Origin: Candidatus Poribacteria bacterium
GTDB taxonomy: Bacteria; Poribacteria; WGA-4E; WGA-3G
Assembly: GCA_965197475.1 (NCBI GenBank)
Contig: CBDANF010000003.1
Span: forward strand, 1,344,001 to 1,408,000
Reading direction: 5' to 3'
Length of the DNA: 64,000 bases
In this document: piece by piece, positions 33,438 through 44,923 of the stretch
How the letters are laid out: each line of letters opens with the position of its first letter
How positions within the stretch are numbered: the stretch's first letter is position 1
Translations under genes and position numbers: made by a program
Notes under the pieces: model-generated
Told to the model about the DNA's origin: nothing
Databases searched by the model: none
What the model saw: the letters and a program-made list of their open reading frames with translations, nothing else

Positions 33438-33725
33438 CTATTTGTTGGCATGTTCGATTATAAACACGCCAAACTGATGTCGGATTTCTTTTGGCATTGA
33501 AGTGTCGAGGGTAGTCCACCCGAATTCTTGATTGGAAAGAACCCAATTTCTTAAATCTGAAGTGAGTGGATACAGGAAATGTTCGTTTTCAATAGCATTA
33601 ACATACATTTTCCACATCTTTTTAGTATGTTCATCGCTTGATTGATCCATCTTTTCTTTGTCAGCTCGAAGATGTGTTACCATAAAAAATACTACGATGA
33701 TAACAAAGACACTGAAAATTATCAT
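33438..33725 (-). CDS. Passenger membrane-anchored hypothetical protein
   Basis: N-terminal TM; SD-like AAGGGG. Confidence 0.6.
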   Translation of the reverse strand: MIIFSVFVIIVVFFMVTHLRADKEKMDQSSDEHTKKMWKMYVNAIENEHFLYPLTSDLRNWVLSNQEFGWTTLDTSMPKEIRHQFGVFIIEHANK

Positions 33726-33909
33726 ATTGTACCCCTTAAATTGTAGGTTTGGTCATCCAGTAAATCCCAACTTCTCCACAAAAGAAGTGGGCATCCCTGG
33801 TGACCAAACCATAACACCTAACTTACATTAGATATGGGATACCCATAGTCCAATGGTGTTATAGTTTGGTCTGTTAAGAATTCTACAATTTTAAGAAGGG
33901 GAATGTCAA
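33726..33909 (-). promoter_or_regulatory. Promoter and structured 5' leader with alternative folds
   Basis: TTGACA-N18-TAGAAT (33909-33880); segment 33801-33818 can pair with either 33855-33871 or 33746-33755. Confidence 0.55.
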
Positions 33910-33980
33910 GTTAAAGGTGGGAATTTTGAAAAAAGTGGAGAAAAAAATGAGAAATCTAATGTCCGAAACTACTTATTCCG

Positions 33981-34190
33981 TTGATTATTGTGATTGGAAT
34001 AGCGGCCACAACACTTGGGTGTGTCTGGATGGTTTTTTCTTTCGTTACAAAGGTAACTGGTGCAGGAAAAGGGGCAACTAAACGTGAGATAGATGCACTG
34101 CAGGAACATGTAAACCACATTCAGGAAGAAATAATCTCACTGAAAAAAGAGGTTAGACAGCTTATCCAGATCGCTAAAGGTAGCGAGTAA
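33981..34190 (+). CDS. Small TM + coiled-coil protein, probably 5'-truncated by IS1595
   Basis: Starts exactly at the TIR boundary. Confidence 0.55.
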   Translation: MIIVIGIAATTLGCVWMVFSFVTKVTGAGKGATKREIDALQEHVNHIQEEIISLKKEVRQLIQIAKGSE

Positions 34191-34204
34191 AGGGAGGGAA
34201 TTGT

Positions 34205-34543
34205 ATGCCGTTTCTACTGCTGACATTACTTGGGGTGATGCTCTTTTTGATAATAAAATATGTCGCTGCAATGTCCATTATTATGGCGGTTGTTATTAGT
34301 GGCATAGCAGTGGTTGTGTTTGTAGGTATTTGGCAGGGAGCATTATATTTGTTGAAAAAATCAGGGCATTACGTCTCCAATTCGAAACAAACTTATGGGC
34401 AAGTTGAATCGAATTTGAAGCAGATAGGTGTGGATTTGCAGGAGATCCGTTCACAGTTGGCGGAAGTTGAACCACATCTACAGAATTTAGAATTTTTAAA
34501 GTACGCCCAGCAAAATACCGAAGTTAAGAAAAGCGAAACGTAG
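34205..34543 (+). CDS. 2-TM + coiled-coil hypothetical protein
   Basis: SD GGGAGG; hydrophobic N-terminus. Confidence 0.7.
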   Translation: MPFLLLTLLGVMLFLIIKYVAAMSIIMAVVISGIAVVVFVGIWQGALYLLKKSGHYVSNSKQTYGQVESNLKQIGVDLQEIRSQLAEVEPHLQNLEFLKYAQQNTEVKKSET

Positions 34544-34658
34544 GCAGGAGAAAAACACGTCCTGCATATTGTGCTTATCAAAGCCATTCAATTTTCAGTT
34601 TTGAATACAGAGTGTGAAACCACACCTTAAAAGGCGTTAAAAAGAGGCTCAATGAATT

Positions 34659-34695
34659 GCGTTTAGTGAATGTGCGTATGACATTCACTAAACGC
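34659..34695. terminator. 15-bp hairpin between convergent genes
   Basis: gcgtttagtgaatgt-gcgtatg-acattcactaaacgc. Confidence 0.65.
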
Positions 34696-34700
34696 GTTTG

Positions 34701-36122
34701 TTACTCTGTCCATGCCATTGTTTCCCGTAGTTTTTCTTTTGCTTTAGCGTAATTTCGGCGTGCCTGATAAAAAACTCGTTGCGTCTCCGTGTATTGTGCT
34801 TGCGCCTGAAAAGCATCGTTGAGTGTCAATCCTCGATATCCCTGTATTTCAACAGTACCTTCTTTGAGTACCTGTTCTATTGACCGTAGCCGTTGCTCAA
34901 AAAATTTCACCCGTTTCTGCTCAATTTCCATGCGTTCTTTCGCATTCGCCACTTCCCGGTAATCACGACGCACAGCCACTTTGATAAGTTTCGTCTTTTC
35001 GACGTACTCCAATTGGAGCCTCTCCAGTTCTGCGAGTTCTACAGAGCGGAGGTTTGCTGTCTTTTTCCCATCGTATAGCGGTATATTGATGTTGAAACGT
35101 AACCCCCATCCATCTTGTGTGCGTGGATCTGTCGCAAAAATGCTCGTGGTATCCCGCTCTCGGTCAAGTATTACCGGATCATAAAGAGCCTTTGCATCCC
35201 AAGTTCGGTTTTGTTGATGTTGTTGTAATAGTAGATGCAGATCTTTGTAGCGTGCTTCAGCAGAGAGTTCAGGAAATCGATTCCACATTGTCTCCACGAC
35301 AAGGCGTTCCTGACGTACAATATCACCTTGTAAGTCGCGCAGATCGAGCCTGTTTGTGAGTGCCAATTCAACAGCGGCTTCAAGCGTCACGTCGTCATCA
35401 GGGAGAGATTGTGAGAGAACAACTTGTGCCAGCGGATCAAGTCCCGTCAGACGAATGAGTTCCGCTGTGTCCACGTCAAGCCTCCGCTGGAGTTTGTTAA
35501 GATCAAGTTGTTGTTCAGACAATTCAAGTTCCGTATTGAGTCGACTGAGAAAGGGAATACGTTTCTTGGCGTGTTTGATTTGTGTACTCTTCAGTTTTTT
35601 CTGGAGTTCTACCTCAATCGTTCGACGTTGCGTGATCTCTTCCTGTGTGAGCGTAAGATCATGCCAGAGATTCCGAACGGCGTGAACCGTTTTCTTTTTT
35701 ACACGTTCGTATTCAATCTCCGCTTTGCGCACTTCTTCCTGTGCAGCGTCAAGTCCTTTCGGAATTTCACCGAATTGGGCGAGGATAACACTCATCTGTG
35801 CACGGGTAAGATAGTCTCTTTCGTCAATATCACCGTGTTTTTGGCGTTGATATTCGCTGGTGATCCCTACTTGTGGCAAGTACACAGCTTTGGACACGCG
35901 AAGGTTTGCCTTTGCGCGTTCCACTACTTTTTCCGCTTTTTTCACTGCCTCGTTGTTCTGCAAAGCGAGTTCTATTGCACGGGTTGACCGAAGTGAAACA
36001 AGTTCTTGTGCAGATACAGTACCAACTCCTTTAAATAACCAGCTTTGGCTTACAAGCAATGTAAAAACAAAAAATAGGCAGACTGCCAGCGGTGTCGTCC
36101 TTTTGTTCATTTCAATCTCCAT
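34701..36122 (-). CDS. TolC/outer-membrane efflux family protein
   Basis: Signal peptide, AIELALQNN, YLPQV, TLEAAVELAL.NR.DL, NIPLYDG. Confidence 0.8.
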   Translation of the reverse strand: MEIEMNKRTTPLAVCLFFVFTLLVSQSWLFKGVGTVSAQELVSLRSTRAIELALQNNEAVKKAEKVVERAKANLRVSKAVYLPQVGITSEYQRQKHGDIDERDYLTRAQMSVILAQFGEIPKGLDAAQEEVRKAEIEYERVKKKTVHAVRNLWHDLTLTQEEITQRRTIEVELQKKLKSTQIKHAKKRIPFLSRLNTELELSEQQLDLNKLQRRLDVDTAELIRLTGLDPLAQVVLSQSLPDDDVTLEAAVELALTNRLDLRDLQGDIVRQERLVVETMWNRFPELSAEARYKDLHLLLQQHQQNRTWDAKALYDPVILDRERDTTSIFATDPRTQDGWGLRFNINIPLYDGKKTANLRSVELAELERLQLEYVEKTKLIKVAVRRDYREVANAKERMEIEQKRVKFFEQRLRSIEQVLKEGTVEIQGYRGLTLNDAFQAQAQYTETQRVFYQARRNYAKAKEKLRETMAWTE

Positions 36123-36131
36123 AAATCTTTT

Positions 36132-39100
36132 CTACCGTCGGCTAATGCGGATTGTGACAATGACTATACCGATCATAAGAAGTATCAATACCCCAACCAG
36201 AATTGTTATCACCGATATCTGTAATTTTGACTCAACCTGTACTGTGATGGATCGGTCGCGTGCCTGAAACTTGCGGTTGTCAACCGTTACTTCCGCGTTG
36301 AGCTTCGCCTGATATTCTCCTACCCCGATGTCCGCAGGCGGATTTAGTGTGAGTTGTATTTCCGTTTCTTCGTTTCGTCCGAGTGATCCAATGACTTCAG
36401 GCGAAACTGTATATTAGACATTATAATGATTTAGTTTTAAATTTTGTTAACCTCTGTTATACTGACTTATTATCTTACGATAGGAGGTTAACTCATGACC
36501 AATTTTCAAGATCTCAAGGACAGACCTGATGCGTTTCTGTCCCTCACCGGATATACATTAGAAGAGTTTACAGAACTATTACCTCATTTTTCTTGTTGTT
36601 TTTTAGAATATATGCGAACACATACCCTTGATGGCAAACCACGCAAAAATCGGAGATATAAACCCTATAAAAATAGTCGTTTTGCTTGCCATGAAGATAT
36701 GTTGCTATTTATCTTGATTTACCTGCGTGATGCTCCGAAACAAGTTCTATTGGGTGCGCTCTTTGGTATGTCTCAACCTCTTGCTAATAAATGGATACAC
36801 TTGCTTTTATCAATATTGAACAAAGCATTAGCAGAACTTGGAGAGTTGCCATCTCGGGAAACAGACCCCGCCCCTATATGTGCTCCATCAAAAGTATCAA
36901 CTCAAAATCAAGAAGGAGAACATTTTTTTCATGATAGCACCGAACGCCCGATACGACGCCCAAAAGACCCGTCAACTCAAAAGGCGTATTATAGTGGTAA
37001 AAAGAAATGCCATACAGTGAAAAATAATCTGATTATCAATGAGGCCTGCAAAGTCGTCCTATTGACACCTTCTTTTGAAGGAAGACACCATGACAAACAC
37101 ATAGCCGATATGGTGGGCTATTGTGTGCCACAGGGTAGCACATTGTCCCAAGATACCGGTTTTCAGGGTTTCACCCTCCCGGATATAAACATCATTCAAC
37201 CGAAGAAAAAACCGAGAGGTAGAGAACGGACGAATGAAGAAAAAGAAAACAATAGAAAGATAGCGTCTATACGCATACGCGTTGAACATGCGATTAGTGG
37301 TGTCAAAAGATGCCGCATTGTCAAAGATAAACTCAGGAATTGGAAGAAAGGGTTTTGTGATTTAGTTATGGAAACTTGTTGTGGTTTACACAACTTCCGA
37401 CTAAACTTTAGACCCTGGCGTTATGAAACTCCTGTTATTTAAATCATTATAATGTCTATTTCCAATCCGTGTTGACATCAACAAGCATGCGGATATCAAC
37501 CAGGTCACGAGTGCCGATGTTTTTTAGCGTTGCAGTCATGTTAACCTGATCGCCAATTTTAATAGTTTGGAAAGCATTTTGAACGAAAACCTCAATTTCT
37601 GGCACACCCTTTGGAATCAATTCAAACCGCTCCACACCACCTTGTATGCTGGCGATCTTGTCCGCGGGCAAATCCAATCGATTGTTGACACCTCCGAGTT
37701 GGTTTGCTTCGGTCTCATCAAGCACGGCAACATAGAACTCAGTTGTGTTATCAAGATAGGACGCATCCAATTCTTCTGGTAGATAGACAATCAATGACAG
37801 ATTTCGCTTCGACTGTTCCTGTGTAAATTTGACCTGTGACTGCCGCGACTTTGTCTCCGGGTCTTGGAATTCAAAGGAGAGACGATTCAACAGATTGATG
37901 ACACGCAACTGGAACGTATTTTCGGTTTCTGCCAATCTATCCAACGTCAAATCGTAGGTGACACTGCTCCCTAAATTGCCTTCCTGCGAAAAACGTAGCG
38001 AACTGACATTTACTACATCTAATGCGGACTCTTTTTGCAGATAGATCAACCGCGTGTCAGGTTCGGGAATTTCAGGGTACTTCATCGATACCTTGACACT
38101 ATCAACATCTTTCTGGAGTTGAAACGTCAATTCCGCAGTTTCATTGTAACCAAGAACTGCAATTTTATCTTCATACGGTTTAACGATATTTGTGCTATCC
38201 ACGGCATCAAGTAAAGAGACATAAATAGAGCGGATTTCATTTGCCGCTGCGATTTCTTCAGGAGTCGCAGCGCTCGGCATTGCTTCTGTCGCTGATGTGT
38301 TCTTTAGTTGAATTGTCACCATCATTTGGTTATCAACGCGAAATTTCTTCGCACTGAGAATAGAGATATGACGCGTGTCTTCTTCAAGGTGGATTTTATA
38401 AGGGTAATCCCTATCAAGGTATCGGAGATTAACCGTGAGACTGTCCACGTTGCGCCTTAGTTCAAAATCAAGTGTTTTCTCCTGTCCATCCTTTAATGTC
38501 GGGATGCGGTACTCGTAAGGAAAACCGATAATAGCATCACTATCGTCTTTGATGGAAACATAGACATTGTTGATCTCTTGTGCTGTGTTAACATTGGTTT
38601 CCTCTGTTTCATCCTTCACCGCACCATACGTCAGAACAAGTTCCAAACGTCTTCGGTCACCCTCCTTGTAACGCTTCACCGATACCACGGATATATATGG
38701 ATCTTCCTGTTTTAGATGTATATGGCGTTCGTCAGGAGTATCAAGGTAGTTCAAATGAACGACAACATTACGTACATCCTCTTTAATTAACTCAAATTCC
38801 AAAGTGACAGTCTCGTTCTCTTTGAGTGTTTTGATGCGGCGTTCGTAAGGCACGGCAATAATCGCGCTACCGGAACCATCCTTTTCCTTAATTGATACAA
38901 AGATGTCATTAATCTGCGCACTGATGACAATGTCTCGTCCGAGGACTTTGGAACTCTCAACCAATTTGACAGGTAATGAACTATTCTGCAACGTAATCGA
39001 AAACATCTCGCGACCGTCACGCGATTCATATAGACGTGTGCCTTCTACTGTAATGTGCCAAGCATCCTTCAAGGAATCAAGCTCTACTTGTTGCAAACTG

Positions 39101-39423
39101 AGCTTCGATTTCTCATATTCCGAGGCAGCACTTTCATATTCCTCCTCAGCTTTATTTACTTCCGAGACCGTGACGATATTGTTTTCCTCTTCCATCATCG
39201 TGCATAAGTTCTCAAGTTCAATCTGTTTCTTTTTCATCAGGTTTTCCGCCAATTCCATCTCTAAGCGTGCAGTCTCTATAAGGATTTGACGGCTCTGCTC
39301 ATCTCTGGTCTTCGTGGTGTCAACATCAGTAGGAGGTTCCTCTTCAGATTCAGCTGCCATTCCCACTTGCAGTGACATCCCTATCACGACGATGCAAACC
39401 AGTACAAGAATTTTAATTCGCAA
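36132..39423 (-). pseudogene. Secreted coiled-coil/Ig-like (NEW3/NPCBM-assoc-like) protein with C-terminal TM, split by IS
   Basis: Removing 36416-37457 and one ATT restores ...NTDWK-YTVSPEVIGSL...PPADIGVGEY...TM-RISRR* ending at 36132. Confidence 0.85.
36416..37457 (+). mobile_element. IS5-family (ISL2-like, DDE_Tnp_4) element with intact transposase 36495-37442
   Basis: TIR AGACATTATAATGATTTA; 3-bp TSD ATT; DSTERPI.RP, YYSGKKK.HT, DTGFQG, RIRVEHAI. Confidence 0.92.
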
Positions 39424-39489
39424 AACTTTTCCTCTATTGGTATGTATGTTTTAATCCTTTAAATCTAACAATGGATCCACTGAGGTTAT

Positions 39490-40224
39490 TTACTCGCTCG
39501 CTTCTTCCTCGGGTTCATATCCAGCGACATAGTGCAGATACAATTCCTCAAGATTTTCATTTTGAATTTCTTCGCGAGTTAACTCACGCTCAAGGTTACC
39601 CTGCACGAGAATTCCGATTCTATCAGCGATCTCCTTCGCGCGAAAGATGTCGTGAGTAGACATAAAGATGGCTTTTCCTTCCTCTTTTAATTGGCGGAGA
39701 AGGTTCAGAAAATCGGCACCCCCTTTCGGATCAAGCCCCGAAGTCGGTTCATCAAGTAATACAGCTTGTGCGTCCTTCATAATCGCAATAGCAATGCCGA
39801 GACGTTGCCGCATCCCTTTAGAGAAAGTTTTGACGCGCCGTGTAAACGCTTCTTCGGCTAAACCGACCCTGCCGAGTGTTTCATCCAGTTCGGCGTTTGA
39901 CACCTTCTTTCGTCCTCCAAGTTTCGCGAAAAAGGATAGGTTTTGGCGTGCCGTAAAGTTCCGATAAAGTTCAACGTTCTCAGAAACGTAGGCGAGATGT
40001 TTCTTCGCTTCCAGTGGGAACTTTGGAATCTCAATATCCCCTACAAGTGCGGTGCCGCTTGTCGGTTCAATGAAGTTGAGCAGCATGGATATGGTCGTGC
40101 TTTTACCGGCACCGTTCGCACCGAGGACGACATAGATTTCACCATCTTCCACTTTCATGTTCAATTTGTTGACAGCTAGAACGCTCTCGTTATAGACTTT
40201 TGTTAAATCACGTGTTTCTAACAT
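39490..40224 (-). CDS. ABC transporter ATP-binding protein
   Basis: GANGAGKST, FSKGMRQR, LLDEPTSGLDP. Confidence 0.95.
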   Translation of the reverse strand: MLETRDLTKVYNESVLAVNKLNMKVEDGEIYVVLGANGAGKSTTISMLLNFIEPTSGTALVGDIEIPKFPLEAKKHLAYVSENVELYRNFTARQNLSFFAKLGGRKKVSNAELDETLGRVGLAEEAFTRRVKTFSKGMRQRLGIAIAIMKDAQAVLLDEPTSGLDPKGGADFLNLLRQLKEEGKAIFMSTHDIFRAKEIADRIGILVQGNLERELTREEIQNENLEELYLHYVAGYEPEEEASE

Positions 40225-40455
40225 TTTGTTCCTCCTATCAGTCTTGTTTTAAGTTGCACTTTCAAACAACATTGACTTACGTTATATAGACGCGTTTTAA
40301 GGGCAAAAGGTTGCAATATTTCAGAGACAATCTATATTGGTTATACACACTCCCTTCCTTGAAAAGTTCAAACAAAAAGCACAAGGTCAAAAATGTTGCC
40401 GCACAACGAAGATCATTGAACGGTCACCTGCGAATAACCGTTTCCGTCACCACAA

Positions 40456-41862
40456 TTATACCTCAACGCGTACAAACGCAAGGTAAGTCCCATACGAAAG
40501 AACAACAAAAAACAGCGTCAACAAGAGCAGATCCACTGCCGCAGCGTTGAAATCACGACTGAGACTGAGTGTATCTTCAAATGTTGGAATCGCCTCTGGA
40601 CTGACAGGTTTTTGCGACATACCTTCACGAACTCCAATGATGTGGAGACTGTCCGGGTCTGCTCTATCCATATCCGTGACGAATTCTCGATATTCACGGG
40701 CGTAACGTTGCACGTTTTCCACAAATTGTTGATGCCGTTCAAACCCAGTTCCAGCAAAAACCTCAAGGAGGTGCTGAACAAGCACAACGGGTGAGATGCG
40801 GGTGACAGAACGCGCCAGTTGAATTTGGGCATGCTGCTGAGTTAAGTATTCTTGGCTCAAACGTTCCCGTTCCGCTACGTCTTTGGTGACGTATTCACCC
40901 GCTAACTCCATTTTTTTCGCTGGATCCTCACGCGTGCCTTCCAAACGAGCGTCGTATTCACCCCTAAGTTCATTTACAAGTTGTCTGGCGCGTTCGTCGA
41001 ATTGACCATAAGTTATGGGGGTTGAAAATCCGCTTGCAATAGAGGCGAGAGTGCTCGGCATAAAAACAACAAAAGTAACCCACGTCAGCAAGAGTATCAC
41101 AAGACTCGCCGCACTATGCTGCACAAGTGTTGACACTAACAAACCTAACGCAAGAAACAGACATAAGTACAGAATCGCAATAAACAAAATTATGCCTAAA
41201 CGGCTCCACGCATCGGTGCCAAGTTGGACATCACTGGACGTGGAAATTACCAACAGGTTCATCAATACCGCGAGCATAAACGGGACGCTAATACTTACCA
41301 ATGCCCCTAAAAATTTGCCAATTAACACGGTATGGCGCGGTACAGAGTTCGCCAACGTCAAACGTAGTGTACCATGCTCTCGTTCGCCGGAAATCGAATC
41401 AAAGGTGAATAGGATCGCGATGAGACTTAAGACTTACCCTATCACAAACGCCCAATCTATTTTGATAGTGTCCGGACGAATATTTTTTGAATTGACAGTC
41501 GCAGGGATATAATATAACTGCCAGAAGCCTGCTAAGCCATCGGTGGCCCAAGCGTAAAATCCGCCGTGGACATTATCTGACAAAAAGGCCTCACCGCCAT
41601 CTGCACAGAAATGGAGAGATGATGGCTTTTTGTAAAGGTATCCGGGACCCTCTTGCGCAATGTGATACAAATTTGTTCGAGACCTTAAGCGATTCAACGA
41701 TCCTGTGACGGCATCGTGATATTTCTGCATCCGCACAGGATGTTCCTGGAGATGCACAATCGCATTGATCAGCATCAAGCCAAGAAACAATACGGTTGCC
41801 AACGCAAACCGGAGGCTATTGAGATTATCATAGAGTTCACGTTTTGTGATATGCCAAATCAT
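40456..41862 (-). pseudogene. ABC-2 type permease with one in-frame TAA at 41434-41436
   Basis: FVIG*VLSLIAILFTFDSISGEREHGTLRL continues in frame into 40456-41361. Confidence 0.85.
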
Positions 41863-41990
41863 ATTTTAAAGTCCCTTGCGGTTCGTTCAGGGTGTTTGTG
41901 AAAAAACGATTTCTTCCGTATATCCAGCCCGCCCGTTGGTTGGGCTTGCCTCCGTTGAATACGTTTATCAGCAGAATGCCGAAAGCCATC

Positions 41991-43526
41991 CTATACTTCG
42001 CTTTTGATGAAAACCAGAAATATTATCATAAAGAGAAGAAGGTTCATCATTAGTAATAAGAGTAGATCCGGTAACGCTCGCTCCGCATTTATTCGGACAC
42101 TGCTTCTCTGAAAAGAAAACTGAGGTAAACGATCCCAATCTACCGCGCCCTTGTCGGCAGAAAACCATTGTTGAGACCCGAAAGCGTTCTTATCGTAGTA
42201 ATAGTCAATCAAGGTCCGTCGATGCCTTCGCGCCGCTTCAAAAAAATCTCTGAGTCCGCTCAGGTCTGTCCCCGCCCACGCTTGCGTTGCCGCGTCGTAC
42301 ATCCCGACTGGCGAACCTCTCAAAAGGATGCGATCAATAATCGCTGGTTGAACGAAGATAGTTTCGAGTGCCTGTTTTCGGACAAGCCATGCGCGTTCTG
42401 CGGTGTTGACGATTTGCGGTCCGAGGAAGCGGTAATAATCCTGCGCGTGTGGCACCTGAGGTTTGGATGCTTCACTAAGCTTCTCAATGTTTGAAACAGC
42501 GTGATAGTCATACCTAAGTATTGATGAATCTCTATGAAAATATTCGTAGTGGTAACCTGATCCCCATATCATGTTGAAATTCGGATCTGCTCCTACCATG
42601 CCAAAATGCGGATCTTCTCCTGGAACGGCATCATTCGCAAGGAAGTGTTTTCGCTCTCTGTCGAATTCCTCCCATATCTGTTTAATTTCGTCGTAAGCGG
42701 ATACCATACGTGGTTGAGAAGTCTGAGGCGGGGCAATAGCGGCGAGAATCGCGTTTGGATACACTAACACCCAAAACCCCCAGACAAACATAGCAAGCAT
42801 CAGCACAGTGCCGGTTCTGCGGGTTACTGTTGAAATTAGCATGCCGATGAGGTAGAATACCGACAGATACACAATTGAACTCAAAACAATGCCACCGATA
42901 CAGAGAAGATCATTAATATTCAGGGAAATAGCGGTGGATGTCGTCAGCAAAATCACTGCAAGGAACAGACTTGTCAGCAACGGGACAAGCAAGCAGAGCA
43001 TCGCACTGATGTATTTCGCAAGCAGGATTTGGCCGCGACTCACCGGATGCGTTACGACCAAACGCAATGTGCCGCGCTCGCGTTCCCCCGCAATGGCATC
43101 GTAGGCGAAAATAAGTGCGATTAGACTCAGAACGACCTCAAAAATAAAAACAATATCAATCGAAGTGAAGAGGTTGAGAAGTGGATTCGTCATTTTATAC
43201 GTTCCAGTATCCCACAGTGTCGGTACAAAACCTTGAGATATCCAAATTTCGTTCCCCAGTCGTTTATCCAACCCGATATTGAAAATACTCAACGGATTTG
43301 GTGGACGGGCAACGTGCAATCTTCCGCCCGAATAAGTCTTCAATTCCCGCGATCGCTGATGCTCCGTTTTGAGAACAGTGTTGTAACCTTCCAAGCGTCG
43401 CTCATAATCTTTGATAAGCACAAAGGTATTGGCAACCACGAGCAACAGCATAATGAAAACTGCAGCAGCGAATCGGAATGTCATCAAATTATCAAGGAGT
43501 TCTCTACGGATGAGTGTTCTTATCAT
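41991..43526 (-). CDS. ABC-2 type permease
   Basis: YDAIAGERERGTLRL....PVSRGQILLAK; multiple TM. Confidence 0.9.
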   Translation of the reverse strand: MIRTLIRRELLDNLMTFRFAAAVFIMLLLVVANTFVLIKDYERRLEGYNTVLKTEHQRSRELKTYSGGRLHVARPPNPLSIFNIGLDKRLGNEIWISQGFVPTLWDTGTYKMTNPLLNLFTSIDIVFIFEVVLSLIALIFAYDAIAGERERGTLRLVVTHPVSRGQILLAKYISAMLCLLVPLLTSLFLAVILLTTSTAISLNINDLLCIGGIVLSSIVYLSVFYLIGMLISTVTRRTGTVLMLAMFVWGFWVLVYPNAILAAIAPPQTSQPRMVSAYDEIKQIWEEFDRERKHFLANDAVPGEDPHFGMVGADPNFNMIWGSGYHYEYFHRDSSILRYDYHAVSNIEKLSEASKPQVPHAQDYYRFLGPQIVNTAERAWLVRKQALETIFVQPAIIDRILLRGSPVGMYDAATQAWAGTDLSGLRDFFEAARRHRRTLIDYYYDKNAFGSQQWFSADKGAVDWDRLPQFSFQRSSVRINAERALPDLLLLLMMNLLLFMIIFLVFIKSEV

Positions 43527-43612
43527 AAGTTTTCTGTATGAATCTGTTCAAATGGAAAAATACACCATCGGTTTTAACGCTTAAACACATTTTCGGATGC
43601 ACTTTTGGAACG

Positions 43613-44080
43613 TCAAGAGAGTGATAACTTATGCATTGCTGCAAGATATAAAGCTTTGATTTTCAAACGTTCCCGGCTTGGACTGATTTTCGGGAAGCAC
43701 GAGAACAGTTTCGCTTCACTGACTTCGTTAAGGTCTAATGGACTACCTAACTTTTTAATCTCTCCCAAGTAAGCAATTCCCCAATATTTGAGATTGAACA
43801 TGAAGCAGCGGATGTAACACAACACTTCAATGTTTTTCAACGTCGCGCCTGTCTCTTCCATGAGTTCACGGTGCAAAGCTTCTTCAGCTGTTTCTCCAGA
43901 TTCAATATGTCCGCCCGGCAAAACCCAGATGTTGTCATCCCGCCATTTGCAGAAAAGTATCTGATTTTGTTGATACGCAAGACAAGTAACGAACTCAAAT
44001 TGTCCTACATTTTCTGGAGGGTCACTAAAATAGAATAACATGTAACCGTCTTGTTTTTCAATTTTTCTCCTTAAATTCAT
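43613..44080 (-). CDS. NUDIX hydrolase
   Basis: Nudix box GGHIESGETAEEALHRELMEETG. Confidence 0.92.
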   Translation of the reverse strand: MNLRRKIEKQDGYMLFYFSDPPENVGQFEFVTCLAYQQNQILFCKWRDDNIWVLPGGHIESGETAEEALHRELMEETGATLKNIEVLCYIRCFMFNLKYWGIAYLGEIKKLGSPLDLNEVSEAKLFSCFPKISPSRERLKIKALYLAAMHKLSLS

Positions 44081-44104
44081 ATAATGTCTCTAATAATGTG
44101 AGTT

Positions 44105-44446
44105 GGCTCATGTAAAAAGTATATGCTTTTTGTTTAGCTGTGCTATAGTTTAGTGTATGGATTTTCCAATACTTTCTTTGATTGATGAAGAACGTGCGGG
44201 GGAATGGTTGCTAAATCATTTCCATCCTCAGGGTCTATACTGTCCACATTGCGATGCAAGCGTGGAGGAGGCACGCCATTTCCGAACAACAAAAACGAGT
44301 TGCTTAAAGGTATACTGCTGTCCTGTATGTGCAGGTGTGTCCAACCTATATAGTGGGACAGTATTTGCTCAAAAGCAGTTTCGTCCTTCGCAGGTTGTTC
44401 TTCTTGGACAAGGTCTGCTAAAACGCACTCAATCTTAACATGAGCT
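44105..44446 (+). mobile_element. Internally deleted IS1595-family mini-element
   Basis: IRs (G/A)GCTCATGT(A/T)AA; ORF 44157-44438 is a transposase N-terminus only (HPQGLYCPHC...NLYSGTVF). Confidence 0.65.
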
Positions 44447-44794
44447 GAAATGGATTATCAAGACTACGCGCCGAAGCATTAGAAATCATCGGAACGGAAC
44501 TGTGATAAATTTCAAGTGTTTCCTCAAGCCGCTTGTCCAGTCCTGCGCTAAAGAGACCTAAGGGTTAGGAGGGCGTTCAACAAAAAGTTTTAAAAATGAA
44601 TAGGTTTTCGCTTCTTGCGCTTTCTGACGATGAACATTTTCTTGATGGCTATATCTTTCCAACCGCCCTTCGTAGTCTTCGAGAAGTACGACAGCATTCT
44701 TGACAACAAGCAGGAGTGTAATGATAACAGCAGCAAAAAACCGTGCGTTCATCAGATGCGCGAGAAATTCTTGTCGGATAAGTGTTCGTAACAT
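44447..44794 (-). pseudogene. ABC-2 permease 5' fragment, frameshifted and truncated by mini-IS
   Basis: MLRTLIRQEF...RPPNP, then shifted LGLFSAGLDKRL. Confidence 0.8.
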
Positions 44795-44923
44795 AACGTC
44801 TCCTTAAAAATTTGAGGGGTTGCTTATTAGAGAAACTTCGGATGGGAAGGATAGTAAAAACCGCACAGGATAGAGAAGAGGAGGATTACGCTATCTGTAA
44901 GCCACGCAATGAGGAAGAATAAG

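Larger units (their letters stand above)
31523..33980 (+). mobile_element. IS1595-family transporter IS with passenger genes
   Basis: TIRs CGGAATAAGTAGTTT(T/C)GGACAT at 31523-31544 and 33959-33980; no matching TSD. Confidence 0.88.
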
